Of a DNA stretch of 64,000 nt, positions 62,016 through 64,000 are shown one piece after another; the first letter of the stretch is position 1; the number at the start of each line of letters is the position of its first letter. Made by a program: the position numbers and the translations under genes. Below the pieces are notes generated by a model that saw only the letters and a list, made by a program, of their open reading frames with translations, did not search any database and was not told the DNA's origin. Source of the DNA: Halarcobacter sp. (GTDB lineage Bacteria; Campylobacterota; Campylobacteria; Campylobacterales; Arcobacteraceae); contig CP182352.1 in assembly GCA_048571215.1 (NCBI GenBank), positions 1,568,001 through 1,632,000 of the forward strand. The letters are read 5' to 3'.

Positions 62016-62870
62016 TTATAAGTTTTGTTCCCTATAGAGTAAAGGGGTAGTTTTATAATATTTTTTAAACTGAATAATAAACCAAGAGACACTTGAATAT
62101 CCACATGATGTTGCTATTTGAGATACACTTTTTTGAGTATTTTTAAGTAAGGTAACAGCAAAAGAGAGTCTTCTCTCATCTAACCACTCTTTGGGATTTT
62201 GATTATAGAGTCTATTTACCTCTTTTCTTAAGGCTTTTGAGTTAAGCCTAGTAAGTTTACACATATCATCAATATTATTTATGATATCAAGATTCTCTTC
62301 TAAGATATATTTTATCCGTGAAGATTTAGTTTGTAGTATCTTATTTAAAAAAGCTGTAAATTTTTCTTTATCTTTTGAAAGGGAGTATAAAAAAATTTCA
62401 TCAAGCTTTAACTTTACTAAGTCAAGACTGTTTTTTATATTTGTTAAAAAATATTGATTAATTGTTTGAACACAATTATTTATGAAGTCATCTCTTTTAA
62501 AAGATAAAATTCCATTTTGTGCAAGTGTATCAATAGTAATATTGTATCTTTTTATAAAATTAAAAACATATTCATCATCAAAATATATTAATATAGCTTC
62601 AAAGTTATTTTTATCTCCAAGGACTTCACCCATAAAATAGTTACCTTGGGATAAAAAAAGTATATCACTGGTGTCTATAGATATATCATCATCTTCAAGA
62701 TGTAAGATTTTCCCACCACTTACTAACAAAATAGCTAAATGCATACTATTTCTTAAAGAGATTTTATCTTTTTTATATGTTGATGATTTTGCTACTATAA
62801 CACTATCGTCATTTATAATTTGATATGACTCTTTATTTTCAAAGATGTAATGGGGTAAGGTAATAATCAT
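62016..62870 (-). CDS. AraC family regulator, paralogue of 51897-52748
   Basis: Shared YFDD, RIKYILE, CGYSxVSWFIxQFKKYY blocks. Confidence 0.88.
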   Translation of the reverse strand: MIITLPHYIFENKESYQIINDDSVIVAKSSTYKKDKISLRNSMHLAILLVSGGKILHLEDDDISIDTSDILFLSQGNYFMGEVLGDKNNFEAILIYFDDEYVFNFIKRYNITIDTLAQNGILSFKRDDFINNCVQTINQYFLTNIKNSLDLVKLKLDEIFLYSLSKDKEKFTAFLNKILQTKSSRIKYILEENLDIINNIDDMCKLTRLNSKALRKEVNRLYNQNPKEWLDERRLSFAVTLLKNTQKSVSQIATSCGYSSVSWFIIQFKKYYKTTPLLYREQNL

Positions 62871-62917
62871 GATTAATTATACTTTTATTTTCATAAAAAT
62901 ATTTACTCCTATTTTGT

Positions 62918-63928
62918 TTAGCACTTGCTATATTTCTCTTCTAAAAGTGCAGTATCTTTAAAAAATCTATAACTTAGAAGTTTTCCATCTTTTATGGTTA
63001 CATGTGCCATCCAAAATGTATCATAAATAGAATCATTTCTTTTTATCTTATATTTCAAATACCCTTTTATAAACGCTTCATTTTTATTTGAAGCAAAACT
63101 ATCTACTCTAAAATCTTCTGTGATGTAAAAATCACTCAGATGCTTAAAAAAATCAGTTAATTGATTTTTACCACGATATGTTCCATAAAGTTCAGGGTAA
63201 GTTTCACTTGTATCTTTTACAGCTATATACTCAATATTATCATCTACTAAAGTTAAAGCCTCTTTTATATCACCAGTTGATAAAGCCTTGTAATAATCAA
63301 GTACTATTTCATGTGCAAGTTTTTTATAATGTAAATCTAGAAACTCTTTTGTATCTAAAAGTGCCCCAAAATGAGGTACAATATTTAGCTCAAAAAACTC
63401 TTTTTGTTCTTTGGTAAAGGCACTTGTAGCATCACTTATAACATAAGTATTATATCCTTTATCGTGGGCTTCTCTAAATGTTGACTCCACACAAACATTT
63501 GTAGCATATCCTATTAAAAATATATTCTCAATGCCATTATTTCTTAATATTTCATTTAGATTTGAACCTGCAAACCCACTTACACCAAGCCTTCCAGATA
63601 CTATAAACTCATCTTCTTTTGGCAAAAAATCATTATGGAAATCTTTACTTTTTCCTTGCCAAGTATTAACCTTTTGGATAACTGCCCTAAGACCTAATTT
63701 CGCTTTTTCTTTTCCAAACTCTTTATAATCATTACTTACTATAAAAGGTACATGAATAATACTCATACCAATTTTACGCCCATGCTCTAAAACTTTTTTA
63801 GAGTTTATATTAGACTCTTCAAATTGTTTTTTATCCTTCATTAGGTGTTCTAATTTTGAATCTTCGTCCAACCACTCATTTTGATACTCTATTAATACCA
63901 AGGCACTTTTTTTAATATCAATTTTCAT
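62918..63928 (-). CDS. Isochorismatase-family cysteine hydrolase fused to a SnoaL/NTF2-like domain
   Basis: LVLIEYQNE, GYATNVCVESTFREAHDKGY; C-terminal GTYRGK, IKDGKL..YRFFKDT; likely start ATG 63928. Confidence 0.8.
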   Translation of the reverse strand: MKIDIKKSALVLIEYQNEWLDEDSKLEHLMKDKKQFEESNINSKKVLEHGRKIGMSIIHVPFIVSNDYKEFGKEKAKLGLRAVIQKVNTWQGKSKDFHNDFLPKEDEFIVSGRLGVSGFAGSNLNEILRNNGIENIFLIGYATNVCVESTFREAHDKGYNTYVISDATSAFTKEQKEFFELNIVPHFGALLDTKEFLDLHYKKLAHEIVLDYYKALSTGDIKEALTLVDDNIEYIAVKDTSETYPELYGTYRGKNQLTDFFKHLSDFYITEDFRVDSFASNKNEAFIKGYLKYKIKRNDSIYDTFWMAHVTIKDGKLLSYRFFKDTALLEEKYSKC

Positions 63929-64000
63929 TAAATACCTCTTTTGCAGCAAATAGAGCATTTAAAGCACAAGGAAAACCTCCATAAACTGCCATTTGCATAA
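63918..64000 (-). CDS. C-terminus of a carboxymuconolactone decarboxylase (CMD/AhpD-like) protein, partial
   Basis: Manual translation ..MQMAVYGGFPCALNALFAAKEVFNEN*. Confidence 0.7.
   Translation of the reverse strand, partial: MQMAVYGGFPCALNALFAAKEVFNEN

Noticed and set aside
2179..63728. Numerous 60-210-aa ORFs overlapping longer recognisable genes (e.g. 2179-2769, 6429-6923, 19908-20537, 52930-53448)
   Set aside because: Antisense or off-frame to well-supported CDSs, with no motifs

Overview
Very AT-rich bacterial chromosomal window, probably Campylobacterota (Arcobacter-like; inferred from gene content and composition). It contains: (i) a redox/electrophile-stress cluster (Old Yellow Enzyme, two nitroreductases, MdaB-type quinone reductase, MFS, DMT, HxlR) with a 3x109-bp structured repeat inside it; (ii) a type III-A CRISPR-Cas locus (cas6-cas10-csm2-csm3-csm4-csm5, minus strand) with a divergent ~30-repeat array and no cas1/cas2 in the window; (iii) a hipBA-type toxin-antitoxin pair; (iv) a yeiH/LysR/rhodanese/EAL sulfur-related block, alpha-2-macroglobulin + pbpC, a cytochrome P460-family gene with a two-component system, and many regulators and transporters. 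The best candidate for an undescribed system is the CRISPR locus. Cas10 has no HD nuclease domain but keeps its GGDD cyclase motif, and Csm3 has Ser where the catalytic Asp normally lies. The only accessory genes are a CARF-less HEPN protein (frameshifted here) and a membrane-anchored small Rossmann/receiver-like protein. Several small lesions (nonsense codon, deletions, gene remnants) are scattered through the window. I recognised no rRNA, tRNA, transposase or integrase.
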